Part shown: piece after piece, positions 38,201 through 47,296 of the stretch | Numbering within the stretch: the first letter of the stretch is position 1 | How the letters are laid out: each line of letters starts with the position of its first letter | Notes under the pieces: generated by a model | Databases searched by the model: none | What the model was told of the DNA's origin: nothing | Seen by the model: only the letters and a program-made list of their open reading frames with translations | Made by a program: the position numbers and the translations under genes | NCBI GenBank assembly: GCA_037127795.1 | Contig: JBAXXQ010000001.1 | Span: 6,842-70,841, forward strand | Direction: 5' to 3' | Length of the DNA: 64,000 nucleotides | Source: a bacterium | Lineage (GTDB): Bacteria; Patescibacteriota; Minisyncoccia; Phycocordibacterales; UBA9973

Positions 38201-38554
38201 CTAGTTATTTATGTGAGCTTTGCAAGTTCTCGCTGCAGGGTTTGCATCGAGACGTTCTTTTTCAATAGCTTCGCCACCGATTTCGCAAATACCGAATGCA
38301 TTTGCATCAATCTTTTTGATTGCTGCTTCGATATCTGTAAGACGAGCTTGCAATGTAGTTACCATACTTGTCCGTTCTTCAAAATCTTCGAAACGATCAG
38401 CTGCATCATTGTCGTCTGTTTCATTTACCATATCAGTATCTGGGGTTGCTTCCCACATATTTGTTTCAGTATTAAAACGAGCGATTTCTGTAAGCTCTAC
38501 TTCGAGATCTTTTTGTTCAGCGAGCAATACGTTTTTGAAATGTGATGTATCCAT
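38201..38554 (-). CDS. DksA/TraR-family protein with a degenerate zinc finger
   Basis: The C-terminus FGICEIGGEAIEKERLDANPAARTCKAH aligns with the DksA segment [29 protein letters not shown]. Only two of the four Cys are retained (CEIG, CKAH). The start was set to the internal MDTSHF. Confidence 0.6.
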   Translation of the reverse strand: MDTSHFKNVLLAEQKDLEVELTEIARFNTETNMWEATPDTDMVNETDDNDAADRFEDFEERTSMVTTLQARLTDIEAAIKKIDANAFGICEIGGEAIEKERLDANPAARTCKAHINN

Positions 38555-38607
38555 AGCAAGTATACTAGCATGTGTACAGAAAAGCACAATAGCACAAAAA
38601 AGCCTTA

Positions 38608-39507
38608 TTAATGCTGGCTATTTAGCGTATCTGAAATGATTTTGATAATAGATTCGTCGGTTCCAAACACTACAATTTTGTCTTGTACAAATCCGTACAA
38701 GATAGTTGTTGCAAATGGGTCTGATTTTTGTGCATGCAATATACGGATAGGGGTATTGTATACAGTTTTTTGTGTAAATCCTCCACCAACAGTATCGAGC
38801 AGTGTACTTGGGTCTATACTAAATGCTTGAGAAAATAGTATAGGCATTTTTTGCTCAGCAATGAGAAATTCTTTTGAAGCAACCACATCATCTTGTACTG
38901 CACCTATGACAAATGGCACCACCTGCGTATCACTTGTTTTTATCAAGCCATATCGCAATACTGCAAAACTTGTTTCAAAAGGCTCAGTCGCATCTATATG
39001 CAAAAAAGTACAAAGTTCTTTTGGAGAAAGAAGTGCACCAGTATTGGGATCAAAAATATCTACCAATATCGGCTTCCCTACTACAAAGTTCGCATCATTT
39101 GAAACACTTGCAATGATATCTTTTGCGAGCACTGTCTGCTCATTGATACGTGTAGGAAATGTCGGGAACGCACCAAGCGATACATTACTCTCAAGTGGGA
39201 CAGTGAGATTTTTGTAATGCCAGCCACTATATGCAAACCCTGCCAATGCTATACAAAAAAGTACAATAGCCGTTGTTGAAAAAAATACTCGCTGTCGAGC
39301 ACGCTCTGCGCGCTCTTTGTCGAGAGATTCTTGATCTTTGGCATCTTGAATAAATTTTTGTATTGCAGATGCGTCAGTCTCAGACATTGCATGCGCAACA
39401 TCATCAGTATACCGAGAAAGCACTGCGCGATTTACTGTCGACACCGGCTCTGGAGTTGGTGGGACAGGTGCAGGATTTGGTGTTGTATTTTCTACAATAT
39501 CAGCCAT
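38608..39507 (-). CDS. Membrane-anchored hypothetical protein
   Basis: 299 aa with a Pro-rich N-terminus, one TM segment (VFFSTTAIVLFCIALAGFAY) and a soluble C-terminal domain. Confidence 0.45.
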   Translation of the reverse strand: MADIVENTTPNPAPVPPTPEPVSTVNRAVLSRYTDDVAHAMSETDASAIQKFIQDAKDQESLDKERAERARQRVFFSTTAIVLFCIALAGFAYSGWHYKNLTVPLESNVSLGAFPTFPTRINEQTVLAKDIIASVSNDANFVVGKPILVDIFDPNTGALLSPKELCTFLHIDATEPFETSFAVLRYGLIKTSDTQVVPFVIGAVQDDVVASKEFLIAEQKMPILFSQAFSIDPSTLLDTVGGGFTQKTVYNTPIRILHAQKSDPFATTILYGFVQDKIVVFGTDESIIKIISDTLNSQH

Positions 39508-39508
39508 A

Positions 39509-40018
39509 TTAATATCCTAATAAATATTTTTTAGGAGCACTTGATAAATCAAAGAAATCATCTGCTGCTTCTTTGAGAGATGCGGAAGCAGATTTGCCAA
39601 AAGTTGCGACTTCTACTTGTACGCCATGGTGGTATTGCAAGTATTTACAAAGCGGGACAAAGTCTCCATCGCCTGTAATCAAAATAACCGCATCAAGCTT
39701 GGGAGCCATAGTTACCGCATCGATAGCCATACCAATATCCCAGTCTGCTTTTTTACTACCGTCATAAAAAATTTGGAGATCTTTTACTTTTGTCTCAATC
39801 CCCGCTTTGAGCAGTGCTCCGAGGAATCCCTTTTCATCTTCTGCTTCCGTAGTGATTGCGTATGAAATAGCACGTATCAATTTGCGTCCAGCAACAACAT
39901 CTTTGAGTACGGTACCAAAATTAACTTTTCGTTTATATAAATTTTTTGCAGTGTGGTAGAGGTTTTGCGTATCAATAAATACCGCTACACGCTGATCTTT
40001 TTGTTTAATTATTGCCAT
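39509..40018 (-). CDS. NYN-domain (LabA-like, DUF88) protein
   Basis: Contains VAVFIDTQNLYH and ILITGDGDFVPL, both characteristic of NYN/LabA. The start was set to MAIIKQK. Confidence 0.75.
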   Translation of the reverse strand: MAIIKQKDQRVAVFIDTQNLYHTAKNLYKRKVNFGTVLKDVVAGRKLIRAISYAITTEAEDEKGFLGALLKAGIETKVKDLQIFYDGSKKADWDIGMAIDAVTMAPKLDAVILITGDGDFVPLCKYLQYHHGVQVEVATFGKSASASLKEAADDFFDLSSAPKKYLLGY

Positions 40019-40034
40019 ATATATAGTATACAAC

Positions 40035-40056
40035 AAAAAACCGCCATCTGGCGGAA
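40035..40056 (-). terminator. Rho-independent terminator of rpsO
   Basis: On the minus strand the hairpin ccgccagatggcgg is followed by ttttttgttgt. Confidence 0.6.
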
Positions 40057-40075
40057 TCTTGATACAATATATGTA

Positions 40076-40345
40076 TTAGTTTTTGATTATTTTGAGAGCC
40101 TCCTTGTGTTGGTCAGGATTTGATTTCTCAAGCTTCTTCAAATGACCTCGGCGATCTGCAACCATCTTGATAAGGCCGCGTCGTGAGTGATTATCTTTCT
40201 TGTGTTTCTTCAAGTGATCAGCCAAAACGTCGATACGCTCTGTCATCACTGCAATTTGCACCTTTTTTGAACCAGTGTCAGTTGCATGAACCTGGTGCTT
40301 TTTGATGATTGTTTGTTTTTTCTTAGTCGTAAGCATGGACCCCAT
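40076..40345 (-). CDS. rpsO: 30S ribosomal protein S15
   Basis: 89 aa with HATDTGS..QIAVMTERI..L..HLKKHKKDNHSRRGLIKMV, matching the S15 consensus. Confidence 0.9.
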   Translation of the reverse strand: MGSMLTTKKKQTIIKKHQVHATDTGSKKVQIAVMTERIDVLADHLKKHKKDNHSRRGLIKMVADRRGHLKKLEKSNPDQHKEALKIIKN

Positions 40346-40471
40346 TATGCACTAAGACACGAAAAAAAGCAAGTGTCCGGCAATATACTCATTTTTACCT
40401 ATAAAATATTGACAAATTGGTATATGTGGAGTATTGTAACAAAAATTGTTAACGCTTTTAAAATACAGCTT

Positions 40472-41275
40472 ATGAAATTTAAGTACGGGATAACCCACAG
40501 AGGGAGACCCCATTTAGATGAAATCATGGCGGCCGCGGTATTGGAATATTTATTTGGTGAATTTCCCATAAAAAGGAAGGAGGAAATAACCAAAAAAGAA
40601 TATGATGATCCAGAGATTCTTGTTTTTGATATCGGAAAACGATATTCACCTGAAACAAACTGCTTTGATCATCATCAAGATAAGAGACTGCCGTCTGCCT
40701 GCTATCTTATCTGGGAGTATTTTGCTCCAACGCTCACTTATGAAGAGCGAGTTATAAAAAGTGTTGTGATAAGAAACTTACTGAAACCTATTTCAAACTT
40801 TGATGTAGGTAAGTATGATGAAACATCTGGATTATACGCGAACACATTGTTCAACTATATGAGTCACTGCTATAGCGATTCAGATATTTCATTTACTAAA
40901 GGTGTTGAGTTTTGTGATACTGTCTTACGAGGACTTATTAATAAGACCTTAGAGAAAATAACACTCGATACACAGTATGAGGACCAAGCAATATATTTTG
41001 GTCCAAATCAAAGTATTGTACGTTTTAAAAAACATCATGGAAAACTTCCTGATGAATGGAAACACTTAGCAAGGTCACGTGGCGTAGACTTTATTATTAC
41101 TACACACATACGGACATTGCATAGCGAAATCCATAGCCTGCAAGGTATTGTAATTCCAGAGGATAAAAAAACTCAAATAGAGCACTCTTCTGAAATTGCA
41201 ACGTTTAAAAACGAGACCCTCGCAACAAACACAGCATTAGATCTTATCCTCAAACACAAAAAGCCTCCTCACTAG
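40472..41275 (+). CDS. Possible UPF0160/MYG1-like metal-dependent hydrolase. Otherwise hypothetical.
   Basis: Contains GITHRGRPHLDEIMAAAVL, which is similar to the MYG1 segment GTHSGxFHADEAL, and a later FDHHQD motif. The start was set to ATG 40472 because the track ORF start overlaps rpsO. Confidence 0.4.
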   Translation: MKFKYGITHRGRPHLDEIMAAAVLEYLFGEFPIKRKEEITKKEYDDPEILVFDIGKRYSPETNCFDHHQDKRLPSACYLIWEYFAPTLTYEERVIKSVVIRNLLKPISNFDVGKYDETSGLYANTLFNYMSHCYSDSDISFTKGVEFCDTVLRGLINKTLEKITLDTQYEDQAIYFGPNQSIVRFKKHHGKLPDEWKHLARSRGVDFIITTHIRTLHSEIHSLQGIVIPEDKKTQIEHSSEIATFKNETLATNTALDLILKHKKPPH

Positions 41276-41304
41276 GGGGCTTTTTATTGTATACTGGTAG
41301 TGTA

Positions 41305-42207
41305 ATGGATATACAAAAACTAAAACGCCAATTTCTCGAGTATATAGAAATTGAAAAAGGGCGAAGTCTAAAAACAGTTGAAAACTATGATCGATATATC
41401 AGTCGGTTTATTGCTGAAGCACATATCAAACAAGCCCGCGATATAACAGAATCTCATATCCGAGAATTTCGCCTCAAGCTCAATCGTTCTCAAGGGATAA
41501 AAGTTCGTGGGCAAGCATCTGCGACAATGAAAAAAAATACACAAAACTACTACATGATCGCGCTTCGTTCATTACTCAAGTACGCGCGCAAGTGCAATAT
41601 AGACACACTCACGCCCGATGCAATTGAGCTCGCAAAAACAGGAGGCAGACACCTCGACCTTATTTCTTTTGATGAGCTCTCTCGCCTACTCAAAGCTCCA
41701 GATACCAAAGAGCTCAAAGGGCTTCGCGATAAAGCAATACTAGAATTATTTTTTTCAACAGGACTTCGTCTTTCTGAGCTTTGTTCACTCAATCGGGATT
41801 TGGATTTATCAAAAGATGAATTTTCTATTCGCGGAAAAGGAGAAAAAGTGCGCGTCGTATTCCTTTCTGATGATGCAAAAGCAAGTATCAAAGCATATAT
41901 CGCTGCACGCAAAGATATGGACGATGCGCTCTTTGTCGATACTATAAAAAGCAAAACAGGTAGTCGTCTCACCCCCCGCTCTATAGAACGACTTGTCCGA
42001 CACTATGCAATACAAGCAGGTATTTCAAAAAAAGTAACACCGCACGTACTACGTCACTCATTTGCGACAGACCTTTTATCAAATGGGGCTGATATTCGCA
42101 GTGTCCAAATGATGCTCGGACATGCAAATATTGCTACCACTCAGGTATATACCCATATCACAGACAAACAACTCCGCGATGTACACAAAAAATTCCACTC
42201 TCGCTAG
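41305..42207 (+). CDS. xerC: Tyrosine site-specific recombinase, XerC/XerD-type
   Basis: The C-terminus HVLRHSFATDLLSNGADIRSVQMMLGHANIATTQVYTH carries the R..H..R..Y catalytic residues and there is an N-terminal SAM-like core-binding domain. The ATG is at 41305, as the track ORF used TTG at 41287, and a TATACT -10 element sits 9 nt upstream. Confidence 0.85.
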   Translation: MDIQKLKRQFLEYIEIEKGRSLKTVENYDRYISRFIAEAHIKQARDITESHIREFRLKLNRSQGIKVRGQASATMKKNTQNYYMIALRSLLKYARKCNIDTLTPDAIELAKTGGRHLDLISFDELSRLLKAPDTKELKGLRDKAILELFFSTGLRLSELCSLNRDLDLSKDEFSIRGKGEKVRVVFLSDDAKASIKAYIAARKDMDDALFVDTIKSKTGSRLTPRSIERLVRHYAIQAGISKKVTPHVLRHSFATDLLSNGADIRSVQMMLGHANIATTQVYTHITDKQLRDVHKKFHSR

Positions 42208-42267
42208 TACTTGACAAATTTATGTAAAGGTGCTATCATATAATTAAATCATAAAACAATTTAACAA

Positions 42268-42987
42268 ATGAAAAGAGTACTTATTTTAGTTTTTGCTATA
42301 TCAGCAATACTTACATCTTGTAGTAACAACGAACAAACATATCCAGCAAAGGATATAACTGTTCAAATGAGCTTGGACACCAGTATCTATACACAGGTAG
42401 CAAAAACTGCTCCCCGATATGGATGTAATGGGAAAAAGCTTTCCCAGCCGAAACTTGTAGGATATGAAACACAACTTATACCTATAAAACTACACGGCAG
42501 CAAAACCTTAAGTGGTGATAGCTTACAAAAAGCTGGCTGGTTTTTTTACCCTTTTGGTAACGGAACAACTCCTGGTCATATCAGCACATTCACTTGGTTT
42601 CCTGATTGGCTTATCACATTACTTAATGGGCTTTGTTGGCTGGTAATAATACTTATTTGCTTAGGTTTTACTTGGATACTTTTGTCATGGTTATGGGGAT
42701 TAACTCACAACAATATACAAGAGATCACCAAACTTCCTGAAACAATAGTAGTACCTACTACCACAACCCAGACAGTTCATGTTGTTGGTTGTACAGACAA
42801 GGATATTAAGGATGTTGATATTACTGGTTGTACTGGTATCAAAAACAATGTTACGTTCCCAAGTGGAAATAACAATGTGTATATCTTTGTAGGAGGAAAC
42901 ATAACAGGCGATATTACCGTAGAAGGTAATCACGTAATGACTCCGAAAACAAAAGACGAAGATACCAACCAACAGAGCAACAAGTAA
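42268..42987 (+). CDS. Putative lipoprotein with an internal TM segment
   Basis: Signal peptide with the lipobox LTSCS, a later hydrophobic stretch (LCWLVIILICLGFTWILLSWLWGL), and a Gly/Thr-rich C-terminus. Confidence 0.5.
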   Translation: MKRVLILVFAISAILTSCSNNEQTYPAKDITVQMSLDTSIYTQVAKTAPRYGCNGKKLSQPKLVGYETQLIPIKLHGSKTLSGDSLQKAGWFFYPFGNGTTPGHISTFTWFPDWLITLLNGLCWLVIILICLGFTWILLSWLWGLTHNNIQEITKLPETIVVPTTTTQTVHVVGCTDKDIKDVDITGCTGIKNNVTFPSGNNNVYIFVGGNITGDITVEGNHVMTPKTKDEDTNQQSNK

Positions 42988-43005
42988 TTTTTTTCACCAT
43001 TAAAC

Positions 43006-43043
43006 ACAGCAGCGTTATGAATTTCATAACGCTGCTTTTTTAT
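43006..43043 (+). terminator. Rho-independent terminator
   Basis: The sequence cagcagcgttatgaatttcataacgctgcttttttat forms a 13-bp stem followed by a T-run. Confidence 0.7.
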
Positions 43044-43333
43044 ACACAGTTTTATTTGCACAAAAATTTGTATGCTGTATACTTAATACAAGAGTTATTT
43101 AATTAAATATTTTTAAAATAAAAAGTGCTCAACACTTTTCTATAGCATACAGCTATGACACACATAAAGCTTCGTCTTTAAAATCCAAAAAACCTTTTTA
43201 GTTCTTTTAGTTCTTTATATAACTTATCATATACTCATTGGAATTTTTTCTAGTTCCAATGAAAACAAACAAAAGCCGCCGTCGTACCTTATGACGCGGT
43301 TTTTTTATTCCATTTTCTTGCTATTATATAAGT

Positions 43334-44101
43334 ATGAAAATAATATCTTGGAATACCAACGGCCTCCGCGCAACATACAAACAAGGGTTTTTTACTCCAC
43401 TATTTGAAACATATACCCCAGATATTGTATGCCTCCAAGAAACAAAATCAGAGCTCGATCAATTACCACCAGAATTGGCACAGTATAAAGATTATCATCT
43501 CTACATATCCCCTTGTCGCACTCGCAAAGGCTATAGTGGTGTTGCTATATATACCAAACAAAAACCTCTTTCTGTACAAAACGGCTTTGGTATAGAGCTT
43601 TTTGATCAAGAAGGTCGTACTATAGTTGCAGAGTATGCGGATTTTTATCTTATTACCGGATATTTCCCCAATGGCGGAAGTGGTCCAGATAGACTCACCT
43701 ACAAACTAGCTTTTTATGATGCATTTCTTCTATATATTGAAAAATTAAAGAAAAAGAAACCAGTTATTTTTTGTGGCGATGTAAATACCGCACATACCCC
43801 TATAGATCTTGCTCGCCCAAAAGAAAATGTTGAAAATACAGGATTCCTCCCTATCGAACGTGCATGGATAGACAAGCTTATTAGTAAAAAATGGATCGAT
43901 GTATACAGAACATTACACCCAGATACTATTGATTCATATACATATTGGGATCAAAAGACTCGTGCTCGCGAAAGAAATGTCGGCTGGCGTATAGATTACT
44001 TTTTTGCAAGCGATACTATATATAATCGTATAAAAAAATGCGAACCACTTACTGATTATCTAGGAAGCGACCATTGCCCTCTCATGCTTGAATTAAAATA
44101 G
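43334..44101 (+). CDS. xth: Exodeoxyribonuclease III (AP endonuclease)
   Basis: Contains MKIISWNTNGLRA, CLQETK and GSDHCPL motifs. Confidence 0.9.
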   Translation: MKIISWNTNGLRATYKQGFFTPLFETYTPDIVCLQETKSELDQLPPELAQYKDYHLYISPCRTRKGYSGVAIYTKQKPLSVQNGFGIELFDQEGRTIVAEYADFYLITGYFPNGGSGPDRLTYKLAFYDAFLLYIEKLKKKKPVIFCGDVNTAHTPIDLARPKENVENTGFLPIERAWIDKLISKKWIDVYRTLHPDTIDSYTYWDQKTRARERNVGWRIDYFFASDTIYNRIKKCEPLTDYLGSDHCPLMLELK

Positions 44102-44274
44102 AAAAGTAGTATAGTGTAAGTCACACTAAATTGTTCCACATATGAGAAAGTTGTTTAATCAACCAGGAGTACAAGTAGAAGAAAATGATGACTTTGATTT
44201 TTTCCCAGACAGGCCAATCACTTTTTAAGCTAACTACTTACACACAGGAAGAGGTGCTACATGCACCTCTTTTT

Positions 44275-45243
44275 TTATACCTTCTTCAACAAACTCATTT
44301 CTTGCTCTTGTGTAAGTACCGAATGAAACAATGCCTGTAATGCACGCTTTCGTGTTTCTTCGGGGAGATATTCCCATGGTCCAGAGATAGGTTTGCCTGC
44401 ATGCTTCCAGTTTTCAAGCGCTTTTACCAAGATACTACTCTCAAGTGCGACATATACAATATCGTCGACATGCACTCCGCGCTCTTTTGCTTTTTCTATT
44501 TGTTCTGCTTTGTGTGCTTGTTTTGCAGTGTTGATAGTAAATTGTATACCGACACTTTTATATTCTTGCTCTAGCTCCCCCGCCTCAATACGAGCTCCAC
44601 GTGTTTTTTGCTTACTTGCAATAATAAAATCAATCTTATTGTGAACATCTTCATACGCATTCGCTGCGCTGATACGCAAGCCAAGATCTGGTCTATCGAT
44701 AGCAATCATTTCTGCAACAGAAAACATGAGCTTTTCTGCAAAGACTCCAAGTTGTTCACTGTTCCCCTCTTTTTCTCGCTCTGCGATTTTTGCATACGCC
44801 TTAGAAACAAACATATCTTTTTTGAACGTATGCTCTGCGAGATTTTGCGCAAGTAACACATTCATTTTTTCACCAACAAAATCTTCAATTCTTTTTTCTC
44901 TATATATCTTTTGCAATCCTTTTTCCTCAAAAGACATTGTTTCACTTATTGGAAGTGCTATACCATGTTGCAAATGTCGTGCTGCGACAATAGCACCCTT
45001 TGTTACCGATTTACCATCACAAAAAAAGCTTTTTTTATATTTATCGTATGAAACAGTTTTTTCTGTAGTGTCTTTATTTGTTTCATATATAGTTTTTTCA
45101 AAAGTACCTGCCTGCTCTACTACACTAGCAATATCGTTTTCTGATACATAAGGAGCAGCTTCTCCAAGAAACACATCGATCATGTGCTTATATTCAGTAT
45201 GTAATGGATTTTCTTGCGAAACAGGCATTTCAAAATGTTCCAT
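44275..45243 (-). CDS. Hypothetical soluble protein
   Basis: About 322 aa from the internal MEHFEMPVSQ with no family recognised. It is divergent from the 45309 gene. Confidence 0.45.
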   Translation of the reverse strand: MEHFEMPVSQENPLHTEYKHMIDVFLGEAAPYVSENDIASVVEQAGTFEKTIYETNKDTTEKTVSYDKYKKSFFCDGKSVTKGAIVAARHLQHGIALPISETMSFEEKGLQKIYREKRIEDFVGEKMNVLLAQNLAEHTFKKDMFVSKAYAKIAEREKEGNSEQLGVFAEKLMFSVAEMIAIDRPDLGLRISAANAYEDVHNKIDFIIASKQKTRGARIEAGELEQEYKSVGIQFTINTAKQAHKAEQIEKAKERGVHVDDIVYVALESSILVKALENWKHAGKPISGPWEYLPEETRKRALQALFHSVLTQEQEMSLLKKV

Positions 45244-45308
45244 ATATATAGTATAGCAAAACATTGCAAAATAAGTAGTTTTTGGTATTGTTATAAAAAA
45301 CAACTATT

Positions 45309-45821
45309 ATGAGTTATTTAATTATTGACTCCCAACCAGGAGAAAGTAAGTACGACGTGCTTACAAAAGCCTTTTATAATGCTATTTCAAAAGATGTGCG
45401 AGTTCAAACACTCAAAGGATCTGTAGGTATAGCAACCCCGATCTATGAAGATGCATTTCTCCCTGTAATAGAGGGAAGAATTGCAATAATGAAAGATCTT
45501 TGGCAATCCAGAGCCGAAGGATCGATTTTTGCAACCATACAAAAAGGATTTTTTGATGCTGCAGGGTTCTTATTTCTTAGCGCCATGGTAGGTGTAGAAA
45601 AAGACGGTATTTTATATACCGCTTCTACAAAATCAATCCCACTGACTCGTGTCGGTGGAGAAATACTGGAAAAAAGTGAAGAAGTTCGCTATGCAGAGTT
45701 TGGAAGACTGTATCCAGGATTCAAACAACTTGGCTTGGTCACCATAGAAACAGATGGTGAAACCAGCGAAGAGTCGTGGCTCGAAGAAGCAACAAGAGAG
45801 TGTTTCGAAAAATTAAAGTGA
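45309..45821 (+). CDS. Hypothetical protein, with weak resemblance to DUF84-type NTP pyrophosphatases
   Basis: A 170-aa ORF. The resemblance (TASTKSIPLTRVGGEIL versus TAGKLTRA) is weak. Confidence 0.4.
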   Translation: MSYLIIDSQPGESKYDVLTKAFYNAISKDVRVQTLKGSVGIATPIYEDAFLPVIEGRIAIMKDLWQSRAEGSIFATIQKGFFDAAGFLFLSAMVGVEKDGILYTASTKSIPLTRVGGEILEKSEEVRYAEFGRLYPGFKQLGLVTIETDGETSEESWLEEATRECFEKLK

Positions 45822-45860
45822 GTTATTCCCAAAAAGCCCATGCATTTGCATGGGCTTTTA

Positions 45861-46619
45861 TTATTTTTTCCAAAGCTCTTTGAATACTTCTCGCATATTA
45901 TGAGCAAGTACCGCATCATGTATTTCTACCAAATAATACGGCTTTTCTTTAGTAAGAACAGATACAACATATTCCCCTACGACCCACTGTGTACTTGTGA
46001 AGTTAGATTCTCCAGACCAAAATCGTATCATTCTTCTTGATATATCTTTTTCTTTCATTTGCACCTCTATATCAGAATCATTACTAAAAAGTTTCAAATC
46101 AATCTCTTGTGGTGCTTTTTTCCAAAACCAGTCTATCCATTTTTCATATTTTTCTGCAAATGTATGATCTTGGAACCCCCACCACGTCAACTCTTGTGTT
46201 GCACGTTGACTCTCTATCCATCGAGGAGTCGCCTCATGAAGATAATGCTCAAGATCACCCTCCTCTATGAATCTAATTTTTGGTACTGAGTACGCTGTCG
46301 AAGATGGAAAACTCTGCACAACCTCTTTCAAATCTTTAATTGTATGCTCTTTTTGAGCAATACGCTCTTTTTCTTTTATTATCAACCTATCAAGTTCACT
46401 TACTGGCGCTGGACTATAGTAAGTAGTCTTCCCTCCCAAATCTTCTACTATCAAACCTTTTTGTAGAAGCTCCTTTGCGACACTATATACAGTGGTACGA
46501 TTTATTTTTGCGAGGCGAGAAAGTGTTGTCGCAGGAACCTTTCCTTTCTCAAGAATAATCTTATATAAAGATTGCTCTTTTATTCCAAGTCCAAGATCTG
46601 TAAGTATTTTCTCCAACAT
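45861..46619 (-). CDS. TrmB-family transcriptional regulator, paralog 3
   Basis: Starts MLEKILTDLGLGIKEQSLYKIILEKGKVPATTLSRLAKINRTTVYSVAKELLQKGLI and is very similar to paralog 2. The start was set to 46619. Confidence 0.7.
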   Translation of the reverse strand: MLEKILTDLGLGIKEQSLYKIILEKGKVPATTLSRLAKINRTTVYSVAKELLQKGLIVEDLGGKTTYYSPAPVSELDRLIIKEKERIAQKEHTIKDLKEVVQSFPSSTAYSVPKIRFIEEGDLEHYLHEATPRWIESQRATQELTWWGFQDHTFAEKYEKWIDWFWKKAPQEIDLKLFSNDSDIEVQMKEKDISRRMIRFWSGESNFTSTQWVVGEYVVSVLTKEKPYYLVEIHDAVLAHNMREVFKELWKK

Positions 46620-46625
46620 ATCCTT

Positions 46626-46655
46626 ATTATACATAGTTTGTTGAAAAATTGTCAA
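46626..46655 (-). promoter_or_regulatory. Consensus sigma-70 promoter of TrmB paralog 3. The mRNA is leaderless.
   Basis: On the minus strand: TTGACA, an 18-nt spacer, then TATAAT, with the ATG 6 nt after the -10 element. Confidence 0.55.
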
Positions 46656-46715
46656 CAAAATATGTATAAAATCTTATTTAATGTTGATAATTAAGGTTTA
46701 TTTGTTTATATTTAC

Positions 46716-47261
46716 TTGACAAATAATTATATACCTGCTATGATTAACTTAAACAATTTTGTTAATTTAAAAAAATATATTATGAACAAGGTAACTATTC
46801 CAGTCCTTCCAGAAATTTTAACCAATCTTACTTGGGAAGATAAATATGACTCTATCTACAAATGGATTTCGAGTACACCTATAGGTAAAACCTATAGTCT
46901 ACGACTAAAAAGTTTCAAAGATTTTATAGAGTACTTAGAAGAAAAAGATACACGAGAGTATATTAGTAGTGTAGAGTACAGCGACAATTTTTTTGATTGT
47001 ATAGAAGATGGCAGATTATTTTCTATTCATTTTAAAGCTATTCCTTATGAAGATGGAGGTTGGGTTGATTTTGTTTTCTATTTTTATAGTAATAACAAAG
47101 TTACTACTAGAGTAGAGGCTGATTTTCCCGAAGATAGATTAAAGCATGTAGTCAATAACCATAAAAAAACAGGGTTTAAGGACGATACAAGTCTTACTTG
47201 GAAAAAAGCATTTCTTATTTTAAACAAGCTATATAATGGTAATATACCTGAGTTTGTTTAA
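46716..47261 (+). CDS. Hypothetical protein
   Basis: A 181-aa ORF with no motif. The start may be the internal MNKVTIPVL. Confidence 0.4.
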   Translation: MTNNYIPAMINLNNFVNLKKYIMNKVTIPVLPEILTNLTWEDKYDSIYKWISSTPIGKTYSLRLKSFKDFIEYLEEKDTREYISSVEYSDNFFDCIEDGRLFSIHFKAIPYEDGGWVDFVFYFYSNNKVTTRVEADFPEDRLKHVVNNHKKTGFKDDTSLTWKKAFLILNKLYNGNIPEFV

Positions 47262-47265
47262 AATA

Positions 47266-47296
47266 AGAAAAACCCTGCAAATGCAGGGTTTTTCTT
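47266..47296. terminator. Bidirectional terminator, copy 1 of a duplicated terminator sequence
   Basis: The sequence aaaccctgcaaatgcagggtttttcttatt has a 7-bp stem. Its core is identical to 48674-48704. Confidence 0.65.

Noticed and set aside
41305-42207. Tyrosine recombinase as a marker of a prophage or island
   Set aside because: It is a single XerC/D-like gene among rpsO, a hydrolase and a lipoprotein gene, with no phage structural, terminase or repressor genes nearby.
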